A DNA stretch of 63,969 nucleotides, filler included, from Octopus bimaculoides (Eukaryota), in the NCBI RefSeq assembly GCF_001194135.2. It is 9 parts of 9 records of this genome, joined end to end, with 100 filler letters (N's around TTAATTAATTAA, not from the genome) between each part and the next. Parts side by side here need not be neighbours in the genome. Positions count along the whole stretch, not along the records: positions 24,461 to 27,676 come from NC_069003.1; positions 27,777 to 31,182 come from NC_068988.1; positions 31,283 to 41,132 come from NC_069000.1; 6 more parts are not named here. One strand, 5' to 3'. Below are positions 26,440 through 38,734 of the stretch, piece after piece. Below the pieces are notes generated by a model that was not told the origin of the DNA, did no database searches, and saw only the letters and a list, made by a program, of their open reading frames with translations. Each line of letters begins with the position of its first letter. Within the stretch, counting starts at the first letter, position 1. Made by a program: the position numbers and the translations under genes.

Positions 26440-27075
26440 ATAGAAGTAAGCTGTTAAGTTATCAGGTTCGATAGCAAAGTTACGTGGTTCTTGCAAACAT
26501 TTTCTATCCTAACATTTTCGTTAGATCAATGGTCTGTGTACGGGAAATACGAAACATCTTTTTATAACTTTTCATTGCAAACTCCATGATCCTTTTAACG
26601 TTTTCAGGATCTAACGTCCATGTTTAGCAGCCATAAAGAGCAGTTAAGTTTACTATTTGCTCTAAACTTGTTCCTTTTGATATTTTCATCATTTCGTTTT
26701 ACCATAGAGAAAGAACAAGGTTAAACTTTTTTTTCTCTAAATCCGCTACAATCTAGCGTTTAACATCTCCGTTTGATCTCCCATCTCCTGTTATTTTCTT
26801 CCTAAATATCTAAATTCATTAAATTGTTTGAGCGTGAGCCTCTTCTCTGCTACAGCAATTGGACTGATTATTTTCTGTTTATCTATATTTATATTTACAT
26901 TTTTACACGCTATCTTTTTTTTTTTTTGCAGCATTTATTTCCAGTTCATATCCTCCAACATTCGTATCAAGTCAATGTGCTTTAGAGCTCTAATTTCTTC
27001 TTCATTTTCGTGTTATTAAATCGATATCATTGATGCAGTCGAGATCGAGATTAGTGACCTCTCTGCATCTCCATA
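26440..27075 (-). mobile_element. Highly decayed RTE-clade LINE reverse-transcriptase remnant
   Basis: Minus strand: ..NDIDLI (ADD motif remnant), INAAK, SGEIKRR and LYGC*TWTLDPENVKRIMEFAMKSYKKMFRIS, fitting RTE LYGCETWTL..FEMKCYRR.LRIS. Confidence 0.7.
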
Positions 27076-27395
27076 TATAGACGTTTGTTTCAAAAGCACG
27101 TAGAAACACATTTACGAAAAATTATACCGTAAATATTCCAGCAAGAAAATAAATGATACCCCAGAAAATCGTTTGCCACAAATAAAATATATCTTTGAAG
27201 AAACTGTTGACCGCATTTGACATGGAGACGCTAAGATTGAATAACCGGAGTCTTTCGCCATTCACGTGAATCATCACGTAACGCGAAACTCGCTTCCTGT
27301 GAAAGGGAATTTAATTTACGTCGGTAACTGTAGTCTGCCCTATGAATTTGAGTGAACTTCTTTCTTAAAATGCATACTTATACCGCGTGTATGTA

Positions 27396-27437
<42 letters not shown>

Positions 27438-27776
27438 GATGTGTGTGAGGTTGAGTTTGTGTGTGTGTGTGCTTGTGTGAGTGTGTTTCTGTGTGTGTAT
27501 GTATACAGACACATATATACATACTTATATATGTATAGAGAGAGTAGTAGTAGTAGTAGTAGTAGTAGTAGCAGCGGTGGGGGGTGCGAAGCCATGATGA
27601 AGTGTGTGTGCGTGTGTCTATTTGTGTGTGTGTGATTTTTGTCTGTGTCTGTCCCCCACACACTTGACATCCGATGNNNNNNNNNNNNNNNNNNNNNNNN
27701 NNNNNNNNNNNNNNNNNNNNTTAATTAATTAANNNNNNNNNNNNNNNNNNNNNNNNNNNNNNNNNNNNNNNNNNNN

Positions 27777-28038
27777 ACTACAGTATCGAAATGTGATTGT
27801 TTCAGTTAGTGGAATAGTTTCATTTTTAAAGTGAAAGTATTTGACATGAGTGTTTTTGTTTCACTTTTGACACGTAATACTTAAATAGTGGAGGAGATAT
27901 TATGTTGCCATGTGCTCGAACTCTGCAAGAAGTTAATAATTTTGTTTGACTAAAACACAACTGGAACCCTAAGTAAGGCATGTGTAAAATTTGAATGAAA
28001 TTGGTTGTGTAGTCCTCGAGTTTTAGGGATTCACACAC

Positions 28039-28117
<79 letters not shown>

Positions 28118-28143
28118 CACATTCTCATTTTTATATATATAGA
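27777..28143 (-). mobile_element. Non-autonomous Helitron-like element carrying an internal (CTGT)n microsatellite
   Basis: Minus strand starts A|TCTATATATATAAAAATGAG then (CTGT)n, then ..aaaactcgaggactacacaaccaatttcattcaaatttt. A 5' TC end followed by a tetranucleotide microsatellite is the layout of Lep1-type non-autonomous Helitrons. The 3' end is lost in the gap. Confidence 0.6.
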
Positions 28144-28305
28144 TAATCAACCCGATGTTCCTGTCACAGCAACCTCTCAAAGAAATTCGTTTCACAAACT
28201 GATGTAAGCGTAAAGACCGGCCGATTGTCAAATATAAATCCATTACTAAAACAAGGGCACATACGTATATTCACACACACACACACACACGCGCGCGCAT
28301 CTATA

Positions 28306-28477
28306 TCTTTTTTTTAACTGTTTACTTGTTTCAGTTATACGGACTGCGACCATGCTGGGGCGCTGCCTTGAAGTGTTTAGTCGAACAAATCGCTCCAGTA
28401 ATAATTTTGTTTTGTTCTTTTTTTAAGTCTTGCACTTGTTCTGATCGGTTTGTCAAACCGCTAGTTTAGGAAGCTAT

Positions 28478-28536
<59 letters not shown>

Positions 28537-29000
28537 TGTACGTGTGTGCATACGATGGGCTTGCACACAGTTTCCGCCTACCAAATTCACTCATAAGACA
28601 TTAGTCAATCCAGGGCAGTAATAGAAGACGCTTGCCCAAGATACTGCACAGTGGGACTGAAACCGAAACCAAGGGGTTGCAAAGTAAATTTCTTAACCCT
28701 TAAAGGGTTTAGTCGAACAAATTAATTCCAGTACTTATTTGTAAGTCTGATACTTATCATATCGGTCTGTTTTGCCCAACTGCTAAGTTATGGGGATGTA
28801 AACACACCAACACGGTTGTCAAGCGGTGGTGGACAACAAACACAATACAGACACAAAGACGCACGCGCGCGCGCATAAACTTACAAGGCTTTGCTGAGTG
28901 TGGGGCTTTAATAGAAGACACTTAGCCAAAGTGCCGAGCAGAGGGACTGCACCCATGACCTCATAGTTGGGAAGCAAGCTTCTTAACCACATAGCCACAT
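28306..29000 (-). mobile_element. Two tandem copies of tRNA-derived SINE family 2 (28306-28698, 28699-29000)
   Basis: Each has the reverse complement of the head (ggttcagtccc..gcaccttgggcaag), a central CA tract and a tail (ttgacaaccg..ccagcatgg.cgcagtc..actgaaacaagtaaa). Homologous to 41471-42327. Confidence 0.85.
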
Positions 29001-29123
29001 TGATCATACAAATAAAACTCTGTCCCGTCGTTTGATTATGCATGTACAACAAATTATCATAATGCAGTACAATGCAGTACATGGAACAAAAATCGATAGA
29101 AAACTGCAATTACCAATAGAATT

Positions 29124-29159
<36 letters not shown>

Positions 29160-29643
29160 CTATATGAGACTATAGAGGCTTTGCTAATCGAAAAAGCGTA
29201 AGACAAAAAATCAACATATAGATACAACGCATATGAAATTAACTCTGACATCTAACGGAATTAGTTGTTGAATAATTATTAAACCCAACACTGAAAAAAA
29301 AAAAAGAAGCGGGAAAAAAAATCACCAATACTCCCATGATCCTTGGCAACACAACGCAAGGCGTGCAAACATACGCTATTCTACAATTATTTCATTCGGA
29401 GAATAGAGCTGAGATATCCTGGAAACGTTAATGGAGAAATTGATTTAAAATCGCTTATATTTTATTCTGAAAAATAAAGGTCAAAACTAATTATAAAGAG
29501 ATATGAAAAAAAACCTTTAATAAGAAGACCAAACTCGAACATAGTCGTGTCTTTAATATGATACACATACACCCACACACATATGCAAAACAAGGTGGAA
29601 AAATGGTAATCGAATACCGAAAGCAGAATAATATGCTTTTATT

Positions 29644-29791
29644 AAAGCTGCAAAAATCTTCACTGTTACTCAGAGTTTCACGTTACCTTTCGTCGGTCAA
29701 TTGTGAGCATACTCACTGGATGATCATAACTGTCCGACGAACGGTAACGCGAAACTCTGAGTAACAGTTTGTGAAGATATTTTTCAGTTTT
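29644..29791. mobile_element. Fold-back (MITE-like) element, ~50-bp inverted arms; partial second copy at 46837-46880
   Basis: actgttactcagagtttcacgttacctttcgtcgg ... ccgacgaacggtaacgcgaaactctgagtaacagt. Confidence 0.8.
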
Positions 29792-30383
29792 NNNNNNNNN
29801 NNNNNNNNNNNNNNNNNNNNNNNNNNNNNNNNNNNNNNNNNNNNNNNNNNNNNNNNNNNNNNNNNNNNNNNNNNNNNNNNNNNNNNNNNNNNNNNNNNNN
29901 NNNNNNNNNNNNNNNNNNNNNNNNNNNNNNNNNNNNNNNNNNNNNNNNNNNNNNNNNNNNNNNNNNNNNNNNNNNNNNNNNNNNNNNNNNNNNNNNNNNN
30001 NNNNNNNNNNNNNNNNNNNNNNNNNNNNNNNNNNNNNNNNNNNNNNNNNNNNNNNNNNNNNNNNNNNNNNNNNNNNNNNNNNNNNNNNNNNNNNNNNNNN
30101 NNNNNNNNNNNNNNNNNNNNNNNNNNNNNNNNNNNNNNNNNNNNNNNNNNNNNNNNNNNNNNNNNNNNNNNNNNNNNNNNNNNNNNNNNNNNNNNNNNNN
30201 NNNNNNNNNNNNNNNNNNNNNNNNNNNNNNNNNNNNNNNNNNNNNNNNNNNNNNNNNNNNNNNNNNNNNNNNNNNNNNNNNNNNNNNNNNNNNNNNNNNN
30301 NNNNNNNNNNNNNNNNNNNNNNNNNNNNNNNNNNNNNNNNNNNNNNNNNNNNNNNNNNNNNNNNNNNNNNNNNNNNNNNNNNN

Positions 30384-30934
30384 GTGTTCACCGATGAAAA
30401 GAAATTTGGTATCGAACAGACAATGAACCACCAGAATGATCGACTTTGGAGTGTATCTGACTCCGTCGAGGGTAGACTCGTAAATCGATGTCAACATCCA
30501 CAGTCAGTTATGGTTTGGGCGGCTGTGACAGCCATTGCTACTCTGGTGTGTTAAAATTAGCACCCAGCGATACATTAGTGACATTCTGGAAGCGAACGAG
30601 CACTTTCAAGGCACACATGGAGCCTCCAACAGGACTCGGCACAATGCAACACGTCCAAACAGACACAACACTGGATTCAGAAAAACATTCTGTCGTTCAT
30701 AGGCAAGGATGTTTGGCCCTCAAAAAGCCCCGATCTCAACCCGTTGGATTTTCTGTTTAATCCATTTTGGAGACGAGGGTCTCGAGCATTTCTCATGTTT
30801 CGCTCGACGCTCTAAAGGCAAAACTGCGCCAGGAATGTGCTCCGATTCCGCAAGAACAGCTTCTTGCTGCGTGTGAAGCATTCGTACCTATATTTAAGGC
30901 TGTAATTCGAAACAGAGGTGTTCATATCGAATAA
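30384..30934 (+). pseudogene. Tc1/mariner-superfamily transposase, DD37D (maT) type, disrupted
   Basis: FTDEKKF..QNDRLW..QSVMVWAAV..QQDSAQ..WPSKSPDLNPLDF..VIRNRGVHIE*. 37 residues counted between the second D and the third D. Frameshifts and a deletion present; the 5' part is in the gap. Confidence 0.9.
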
Positions 30935-31008
30935 ATGTGGTAGTGTCATAATTGTGTTTCCTTTACCACTGCATTGCAACGCTCGGACCGGAAAATCTAT
31001 CTATCTGT

Positions 31009-31054
<46 letters not shown>

Positions 31055-31074
31055 TTATTTATTATTTATTTATG

Positions 31075-31182
31075 CGCCCTTTTCAAGCCTAGCCAGGCTC
31101 ATGGGCCCGGTTTCCTGGTGGTTTCTATGGCGTATGTGCTCCCCGCAGCTGGACGAGACGGCAGTCCATCGCAGCGTTACTC
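31075..31182 (-). mobile_element. 3' part of a third SINE with a V-SINE-like central motif and (TAAA)n tail
   Basis: Reverse complement gagtaacgctgcgatggactgccgtctcgtccagctg..gaaaccggg..taaataaataaataa resembles the gcgatggactggcg..gtccag motif of V-type SINEs (recalled, not aligned). Confidence 0.45.
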
Positions 31183-31282
31183 NNNNNNNNNNNNNNNNNN
31201 NNNNNNNNNNNNNNNNNNNNNNNNNNTTAATTAATTAANNNNNNNNNNNNNNNNNNNNNNNNNNNNNNNNNNNNNNNNNNNN

Positions 31283-31324
<42 letters not shown>

Positions 31325-33228
31325 TAAATATGTATATGTATATATGTTTACAGATATATATGTATGTATGTTTACAAATATACATGGATGGATGTACGTG
31401 TGTATGTACATAAGAGCACTGCTATGGAGGAAATAATATAGAACTCAAAAGTAGAGCAAAATACAGAGTTTTATTGAACCTGAAAAACTTCACAAACTAC
31501 TGCTCAGTGTTTCACGAAAATGATCATCAGACATCTGTCAAATAATCGGTTACGTTAAATCGCATGGTTCTAAGTTCGATTCTACTGTGCAACGTTTTGG
31601 ACGAGCCTTTGGCCTAGCCTCGGCAGTAAAATAATGCAGCGAGAAACTATGTAACATCGTAAAAATAATGCACCGGTTTTGGGGTTGTTGGATTAATCTG
31701 TCGCCTAGTGTAAGATTATCAATGCCACCACATCACCTATTGGTGCCTTTAAAAGTTTCTCGTCTGTTTCAAGCATCCAGGGAAATATCATTTCCATCAG
31801 TCCCGAACGTTCTATAAAAAGGTTGGAGGCTTTGCCCAACCTTTCGTAAGATAATAAGGACAGACAACTCTTCTAGTATATTGATCCCCAAAGTCAGTAT
31901 GGACGGAAATCAAATCGTTTACGATATATTTGTTCAAATCAGATCACAAGGAATATTCTTATTCAAATAAACCCTATTTATTGGGTCTTCCACGAAAACT
32001 CGAGTCGGTATAGATACACCGCAGATGTTGGGCCCTTTAATTTTTTGTTGTGAGATCCCTAATTCGAAAAATTTGTACTGAGATACGCCTATCAATGTCC
32101 CCTTCTCTACACAAGGGATGTATAACCGTTTATTGATTTAGACACTCATTATACACTCTGCATATATGTATGTGTATACGTATGTTTGTGTGTATTCATA
32201 AAGATATACATATATAAACACATACATATACAGACACATATCTATGTGTGTGTGTATGTGCGTATATGAATGTATGTGTGTGAGTGTAATGTATGTGTGT
32301 GCACGCGTATACATGCATATAAATATGGGGGGGGGGGTGATAATGCTAATGATGATCATGATGAAGAAAATGATTAGGAGAAGGAACGCGCGATGGAGGG
32401 AGGTTGAGGAGGAGAATGGTGACGATCATGGTGATGGTTATGATAGAGTTGAGTCTAAACATCATGATGATGATGATGATGACAATGTGTCAGTACAAAA
32501 CACAACCACACCTAAGCACGACGACCAACGCCACCACCAAGACCCCCACCCCCGNNNNNNNNNNNNNNNNNNNNNNNNNNNNNNNNNNNNNNNNNNNNNN
32601 NNNNNNNNNNNNNNNNNNNNNNNNNNNNNNNNNNNNNNNNNNNNNNNNNNNNNNNNNNNNNNNNNNNNNNNNNNNNNNNNNNNNNNNNNNNNNNNNNNNN
32701 NNNNNNNNNNNNNNNNNNNNNNNNNNNNNNNNNNNNNNNNNNNNNNNNNNNNNNNNNNNNNNNNNNNNNNNNNNNNNNNNNNNNNNNNNNNNNNNNNNNN
32801 NNNNNNNNNNNNNNNNNNNNNNNNNNNNNNNNNNNNNNNNNNNNNNNNNNNNNNNNNNNNNNNNNNNNNNNNNNNNNNNNNNNNNNNNNNNNNNNNNNNN
32901 NNNNNNNNNNNNNNNNNNNNNNNNNNNNNNNNNNNNNNNNNNNNNNNNNNNNNNNNNNNNNNNNNNNNNNNNNNNNNNNNNNNNNNNNNNNNNNNNNNNN
33001 NNNNNNNNNNNNNNNNNNNNNNNNNNNNNNNNNNNNNNNNNNNNNNNNNNNNNNNNNNNNNNNNNNNNNNNNNNNNNNNNNNNNNNNNNNNNNNNNNNNN
33101 NNNNNNNNNNNNNNNNNNNNNNNNNNNNNNNNNNNNNNNNNNNNNNNNNNNNNNNNNNNNNNNNNNNNNNNNNNNNNNNNNNNNNNNNNNNNNNATGTAT
33201 GTATGTATGTATGTATGTATGTATGTAT

Positions 33229-33410
33229 AATCAAAATAAGCAACGGGATATCAAGTAGTGATGCAGTATGACCGTTTCAAGCATCTCCATTTAATTGAAC
33301 AATGCAATCATTACATCAATTAATGTAATGATTGCATAGTTCAATTAAATGGAGTCGCTTTAAACGGTTGTACTGCATCACTACTTGATATCCTGTTGCT
33401 TATTTCGATT
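33229..33410. mobile_element. Near-perfect fold-back palindrome (~88-bp arms, 6-nt loop)
   Basis: aatcaaaataagcaacgggatatcaagtagtgatgcagta..aatgcaatcattacat-caatta-atgtaatgattgcat..tactgcatcactacttgatatcctgttgcttatttcgatt. Confidence 0.9.
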
Positions 33411-33542
33411 TTATTCATCCTGCTTCGAGCTGTGCACATAACACCGGACTGACTTGGTGCTTCAATTTAGTACCTAATTCAACTGAATCTTTATATATAT
33501 ATATATGTGTGCGTGTGTGTATGTGTATGTGTGTGTATACAT

Positions 33543-33577
<35 letters not shown>

Positions 33578-33899
33578 CATGTATTTATACATATATATAT
33601 ATATACACTCACACACACACGAGTGTGTGTGTGTATGGTGATGCCAGCAACGGGGTAACGACCAATCTTAACCAATCTTTCAACACTTGGTGTTGATTTA
33701 ACTTTGGAGGAAATTACAAGAACCAATCTGCCTCACCAGAAACAACAACAACAATTACAGAAGTTAGGCAGCACCATCCCACACCACTTCCACCTCTCCA
33801 CCACTTCCACCCCGTCCATCACCGAAGACAACGACAAAGTAACACGATCACCACATCGCCATCGCCGCCACACCGTTCCATCATCATCACATGTATGTC

Positions 33900-33941
<42 letters not shown>

Positions 33942-33964
33942 CACACATGCATACACATATACAT

Positions 33965-34040
<76 letters not shown>

Positions 34041-34065
34041 GTGTGTGTATGTAGATATATATTTA

Positions 34066-34230
34066 AGTGGAGCTGGCAGAAGCGTTAACATGCCGAGCAA
34101 AATGTTTAGCGGCCTTTCGTCCGTTTTTACATTCTGAGTTCAAATTCCGCCGATGTCTACTTCTCTTTTTATTTTTTCGGAGTCGATAAAATAAGTACCA
34201 GTCGAGTACAGGGGTCGATGTAATCAACCT
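34066..34230 (+). mobile_element. SINE family 1
   Basis: agctggcagaagcgttaacatgccg..ctgagttcaaattccgccg..gtcgataaaataagtaccag. Confidence 0.85.
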
Positions 34231-34259
34231 GACAGCAAAATGTTCTGGTAGTATGTACA

Positions 34260-34509
34260 TTCGAATCAGGGACCTCACACTCCAGTTGGCTCTCTTTACA
34301 ATCCCCACACAGATCGGGTCACTGATGATCCTAAGGAATGTGCTGAACTTATATTTTACTCTTCGTTACACCGACAAATTAGGTTTACCGGTGTGACACC
34401 TGGATTTTCTACACCGGCAGAATTTCGATTTTCCTTGCGATTCCAATTCAAGAGTGTAGACAGCCTTGAGCTCGGATTTGCTCCGAGCACTGGAAATGCT
34501 CCGATTTTC

Positions 34510-34512
<3 letters not shown>
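34260..34512 (+). mobile_element. Possible LINE ORF2 linker remnant (CR1/L2-like)
   Basis: ~85 open codons including DRVTDDPKECAELIFYSSL, loosely like the VTDD.EKAELLN.FF.SVF linker motif. Confidence 0.3.
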
Positions 34513-34558
<46 letters not shown>

Positions 34559-35367
34559 ATATATTTGTTTTTATGTCAAGTTNNNNNNNNNNNNNNNNNN
34601 NNNNNNNNNNNNNNNNNNNNNNNNNNNNNNNNNNNNNNNNNNNNNNNNNNNNNNNNNATATATATATATATACATAAAAGACGCAATTTAGCATTAACCT
34701 TAAAGATTGTTCGATACTTGTTAGTAGACTACATATTACTTTTTACAAGAAAAAGATTGACAGGGACTTTCGAAATGCGAGCAAAGCGAAAGTTTGAAGT
34801 CATTGTCAAAGTTTTCTTCGTAAAATTTCATATATATGTTTATATATATGTATGCGTACTTACTTTTATAAGCAAAACACAAGTCTGGCAAACGCACAGT
34901 TTAAATGCGCACCTTTGCTGCTGGTCTGAGGAAGTGCACTCTAATGTTTAAAGCCGCAAACATTACATAAAATTTCACTTGGAACTTTTGCGCGAACTGG
35001 CGTTGAAAGCAGAGTTGGTAGAGAAACATTTGTAACTGACCATTAAAGATGTGTTAAAGAATTCTTTTGTCTTATTATTTGCATTATATCTGACTTTTCG
35101 CTAATCCCACAGAACGGTTTTACCATTGTGAAACCATGTTCTATACCTGAACAATTTCGATATTAGTTTGGTATCTGACAATGTAGATAGCCAAAGGCTT
35201 GGGTTGAAAGCAGCATTGGAAGTACTCTATCTTTCTACACTTCGAGGATCTCGTATGTATATATACATGCATACATATATATATATAAAGTAATATTCGT
35301 AGACACTTCAACATGGCTGTCTGTTCGAACGGGCTCTACTGCGATTATTTAGCCCAGATTTTAGAAA

Positions 35368-35411
<44 letters not shown>

Positions 35412-36268
35412 NNNNNNNNNNNNNNNNNNNNNNNNNNNNNNNNNNNNNNNNNNNNNNNNNNNNNNNNNNNNNNNNNNNNNNNNNNNNNNNNNNNNNNNNN
35501 NNNNNNNNNNNNNNNNNNNNNNNNNNNNNNNNNNNNNNNNNNNNNNNNNNNNNNNNNNNNNNNNNNNNNNNNNNNNNNNNNNNNNNNNNNNNNNNNNNNN
35601 NNNNNNNNNNNNNNNNNNNNNNNNNNNNNNNNNNNNNNNNNNNNNNNNNNNNNNNNNNNNNNNNNNNNNNNNNNNNNNNNNNNNNNNNNNNNNNNNNNNN
35701 NNNNNNNNNNNNNNNNNNNNNNNNNNNNNNNNNNNNNNNNNNNNNNNNNNNNNNNNNNNNNNNNNNNNNNNNNNNNNNNNNNNNNNNNNNNNNNNNNNNN
35801 NNNNNNNNNNNNNNNNNNNNNNNNNNNNNNNNNNNNNNNNNNNNNNNNNNNNNNNNNNNNNNNNNNNNNNNNNNNNNNNNNNNNNNNNNNNNNNNNNNNN
35901 NNNNNNNNNNNNNNNNNNNNNNNNNNNNNNNNNNNNNNNNNNNNNNNNNNNNNNNNNNNNNNNNNNNNNNNNNNNNNNNNNNNNNNNNNNNNNNNNNNNN
36001 NNNNNNNNNNNNNNNNNNNNNNNNNNNNNNNNNNNNNNNNNNNNNNNNNNNNNNNNNNNNNNNNNNNNNNNNNNNNNNNNNNNNNNNNNNNNNNNNNNNN
36101 NNNNNNNNNNNNNNNNNNNNNNNNNNNNNNNNNNNNNNNNNNNNNNNNNNNNNNNNNNNNNNNNNNNNNNNNNNNNNNNNNNNNNNNNNNNNNNNAACGG
36201 GGTGTGAACAATAACAGACATTGACACAGTTCTGTTGTATAGTAGAGTCTCTGAGGGCCTCCAATTTG

Positions 36269-36282
36269 CTATGGGCAAGGAT

Positions 36283-36313
<31 letters not shown>

Positions 36314-36370
36314 GCCGCTACTGCAATGTGAAGTAAAGGAGGCAGGTGAAGAAGAAGGTGTTGAATAAAA
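36269..36370 (-). CDS. Candidate terminal coding exon, Ser-rich
   Basis: aataaacAG|FYSTPSSSPASFTSHCSSG(S)10NPCP*. Weak polypyrimidine tract; could arise from the (AGT)n tract by chance. Confidence 0.2.
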
Positions 36371-38487
36371 CTGTTTATTTTCACAAGAAAGTTGTGTGTT
36401 GTTTTATATTTAGTGGGGGGGGGCGTTTATTTAACATCCGGGCATCTTTAAGTGCAGAAGATTCCTCCTGAATATAGGTGGGTAGTAGTGAGAGGAGGTA
36501 GATGAGTGGGGAGTGATACTGGCAGCATTAGTGGTGGTGGCGGTAGTGGTGGTGGTGCTGGTGGTTGTAGTTGTGGCAGTAGTGATTATGGTGGTCGTTA
36601 TGGCGTTGATGATTGTTGTTACTGTTGTTAGTCGTCGTAGTCGTCGTCGTTATCGTCGTGGCGGTAAAATGGGCTGGTAAAGGGCCTGGCCTTTCTCCCA
36701 AAACCTTGTAATGGCGATGTTGGTCATTGAGGACAACCCTACCCCTCAAAGCCTTGGTTGTGATGATAACAGCAGAAGAGGACAAGCCCGACCCGTTACG
36801 ACCCCCGTGGGGTGCTGGTAAGTGGGCAGGTGAAAGCAAGTTCCACCCACCACCCCCTACACACCTCGTTACATCGATATCCTCTCTTCTTCACGGCTAC
36901 TTTATATATCATTCTCTCTCTCCACCAACCACCTTTCTCATTGACATCCACCCAGCCACCTTTTCATATATAACAGTAAAATCTAAATGCGCTCACTTGA
37001 AATGCTCGGAATATATATATAGAGTCGATATATACATGTGTATATATATATATATATATATNNNNNNNNNNNNNNNNNNNNNNNNNNNNNNNNNNNNNNN
37101 NNNNNNNNNNNNNNNNNNNNNNNNNNNNNNNNNNNNNNNNNNNNNNNNNNNNNNNNNNNNNNNNNNNNNNNNNNNNNNNNNNNNNNNNNNNNNNNNNNNN
37201 NNNNNNNNNNNNNNNNNNNNNNNNNNNNNNNNNNNNNNNNNNNNNNNNNNNNNNNNNNNNNNNNNNNNNNNNNNNNNNNNNNNNNNNNNNNNNNNNNNNN
37301 NNNNNNNNNNNNNNNNNNNNNNNNNNNNNNNNNNNNNNNNNNNNNNNNNNNNNNNNNNNNNNNNNNNNNNNNNNNNNNNNNNNNNNNNNNNNNNNNNNNN
37401 NNNNNNNNNNNNNNNNNNNNNNNNNNNNNNNNNNNNNNNNNNNNNNNNNNNNNNNNNNNNNNNNNNNNNNNNNNNNNNNNNNNNNNNNNNNNNNNNNNNN
37501 NNNNNNNNNNNNNNNNNNNNNNNNNNNNNNNNNNNNNNNNNNNNNNNNNNNNNNNNNNNNNNNNNNNNNNNNNNNNNNNNNNNNNNNNNNNNNNNNNNNN
37601 NNNNNNNNNNNNNNNNNNNNNNNNNNNNNNNNNNNNNNNNNNNNNNNNNNNNNNNNNNNNNNNNNNNNNNNNNNNNNNNNNNNTATATATATGTCTGTAT
37701 ATGTGTGTGTTCACGTGTGTGTATATGTATGTATGTACGTATGTATGTAGTGGCTATCAAAGTAAGACATGAAAATGATTAACGGAAAGAAAAATTAAAC
37801 ATGAAAGACATCCCGCTTGCTATAGGTTCTAATATCAGCGTAGTTTCGACGCATTTGAAAAAAACCATGGGACTACTCTTTTAGTTGCGCCAATAATAGT
37901 AAATATCACTGGGGTTATACAAGCACACTTGCATGTGTGTGCGCGTGCGCACGAGTGTGTTTATGCGTGTGTCTGTGTGTGTGTGTGTATTCATGATGCA
38001 CTGCCAACTGCCAGTTTCACGGCGTTATATAATAATGATTCGTCAGCAACGTCATCTTTTATTTACGACTGAAAACGATGTTGTTACAGTTCAGGGGATG
38101 TAATATTAATATTAATAAGAGACGGGTTAAGTTATCTCCCCACCGACTAGTTAAAGTATATCTACTATATTCAGTGACAAAATAAGGTGACTCCATTTTG
38201 CAATGAATAATACTCAATGTAACATTAGACAACGTCAAAAGACGGAGTCGTCTGTGTACAAGAAATATTTCTTGGCGTGAATACTCATAATGAGATTACG
38301 ATAGCCACCCGTAGTTCACAAGTTGTCCTGTGCTTATAAACTATGAACTAATACTGATATAACGTCTTATATTATATAACAGGAATAGAAATTAATATTA
38401 TTGAATAATATCAATTTCTACCAGTGGTCAGCATATTTAAAAAACGTCCGAGGACCGTGAATTAAATTTAAATATAATTAAGAGAGG

Positions 38488-38734
38488 CCACTAAGTGGAT
38501 CCCTTGTATGCTAAAAATAGACGTCAAACCGTCCTACCACGAAATCTGTGTTTTCAAATTAGCAAGATGTTAGATGTTTACGAGCTAAACAAATGAAAAG
38601 AATTAAGTGCTATGATTATTTCTTTTCATTTGTCAAACTCGTAAACACCTAGCGTCTTGCTAATTTGAGAACATAGATACCATGGTAGGATGGTTTGACG
38701 TCTATTTTTAGCATACAAGGGATCCACTTAGTGG
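38488..38734. mobile_element. Fold-back MITE-like palindrome (~115-bp arms)
   Basis: ccactaagtggatcccttgtatgctaaaaatagacgtcaaacc ... ggtttgacgtctatttttagcatacaagggatccacttagtgg. The outer ~43 bp are perfectly inverted. Confidence 0.9.

Noticed and set aside
31505-31535. Minus-strand ctgatga-tcattttcgt-gaaac hammerhead-like spacing
   Set aside because: Stem II does not pair and there is no matching stem I.
34320-34345. ctgatga-tcc-taa-gga motif
   Set aside because: A short stem is present but not followed by GAAA.
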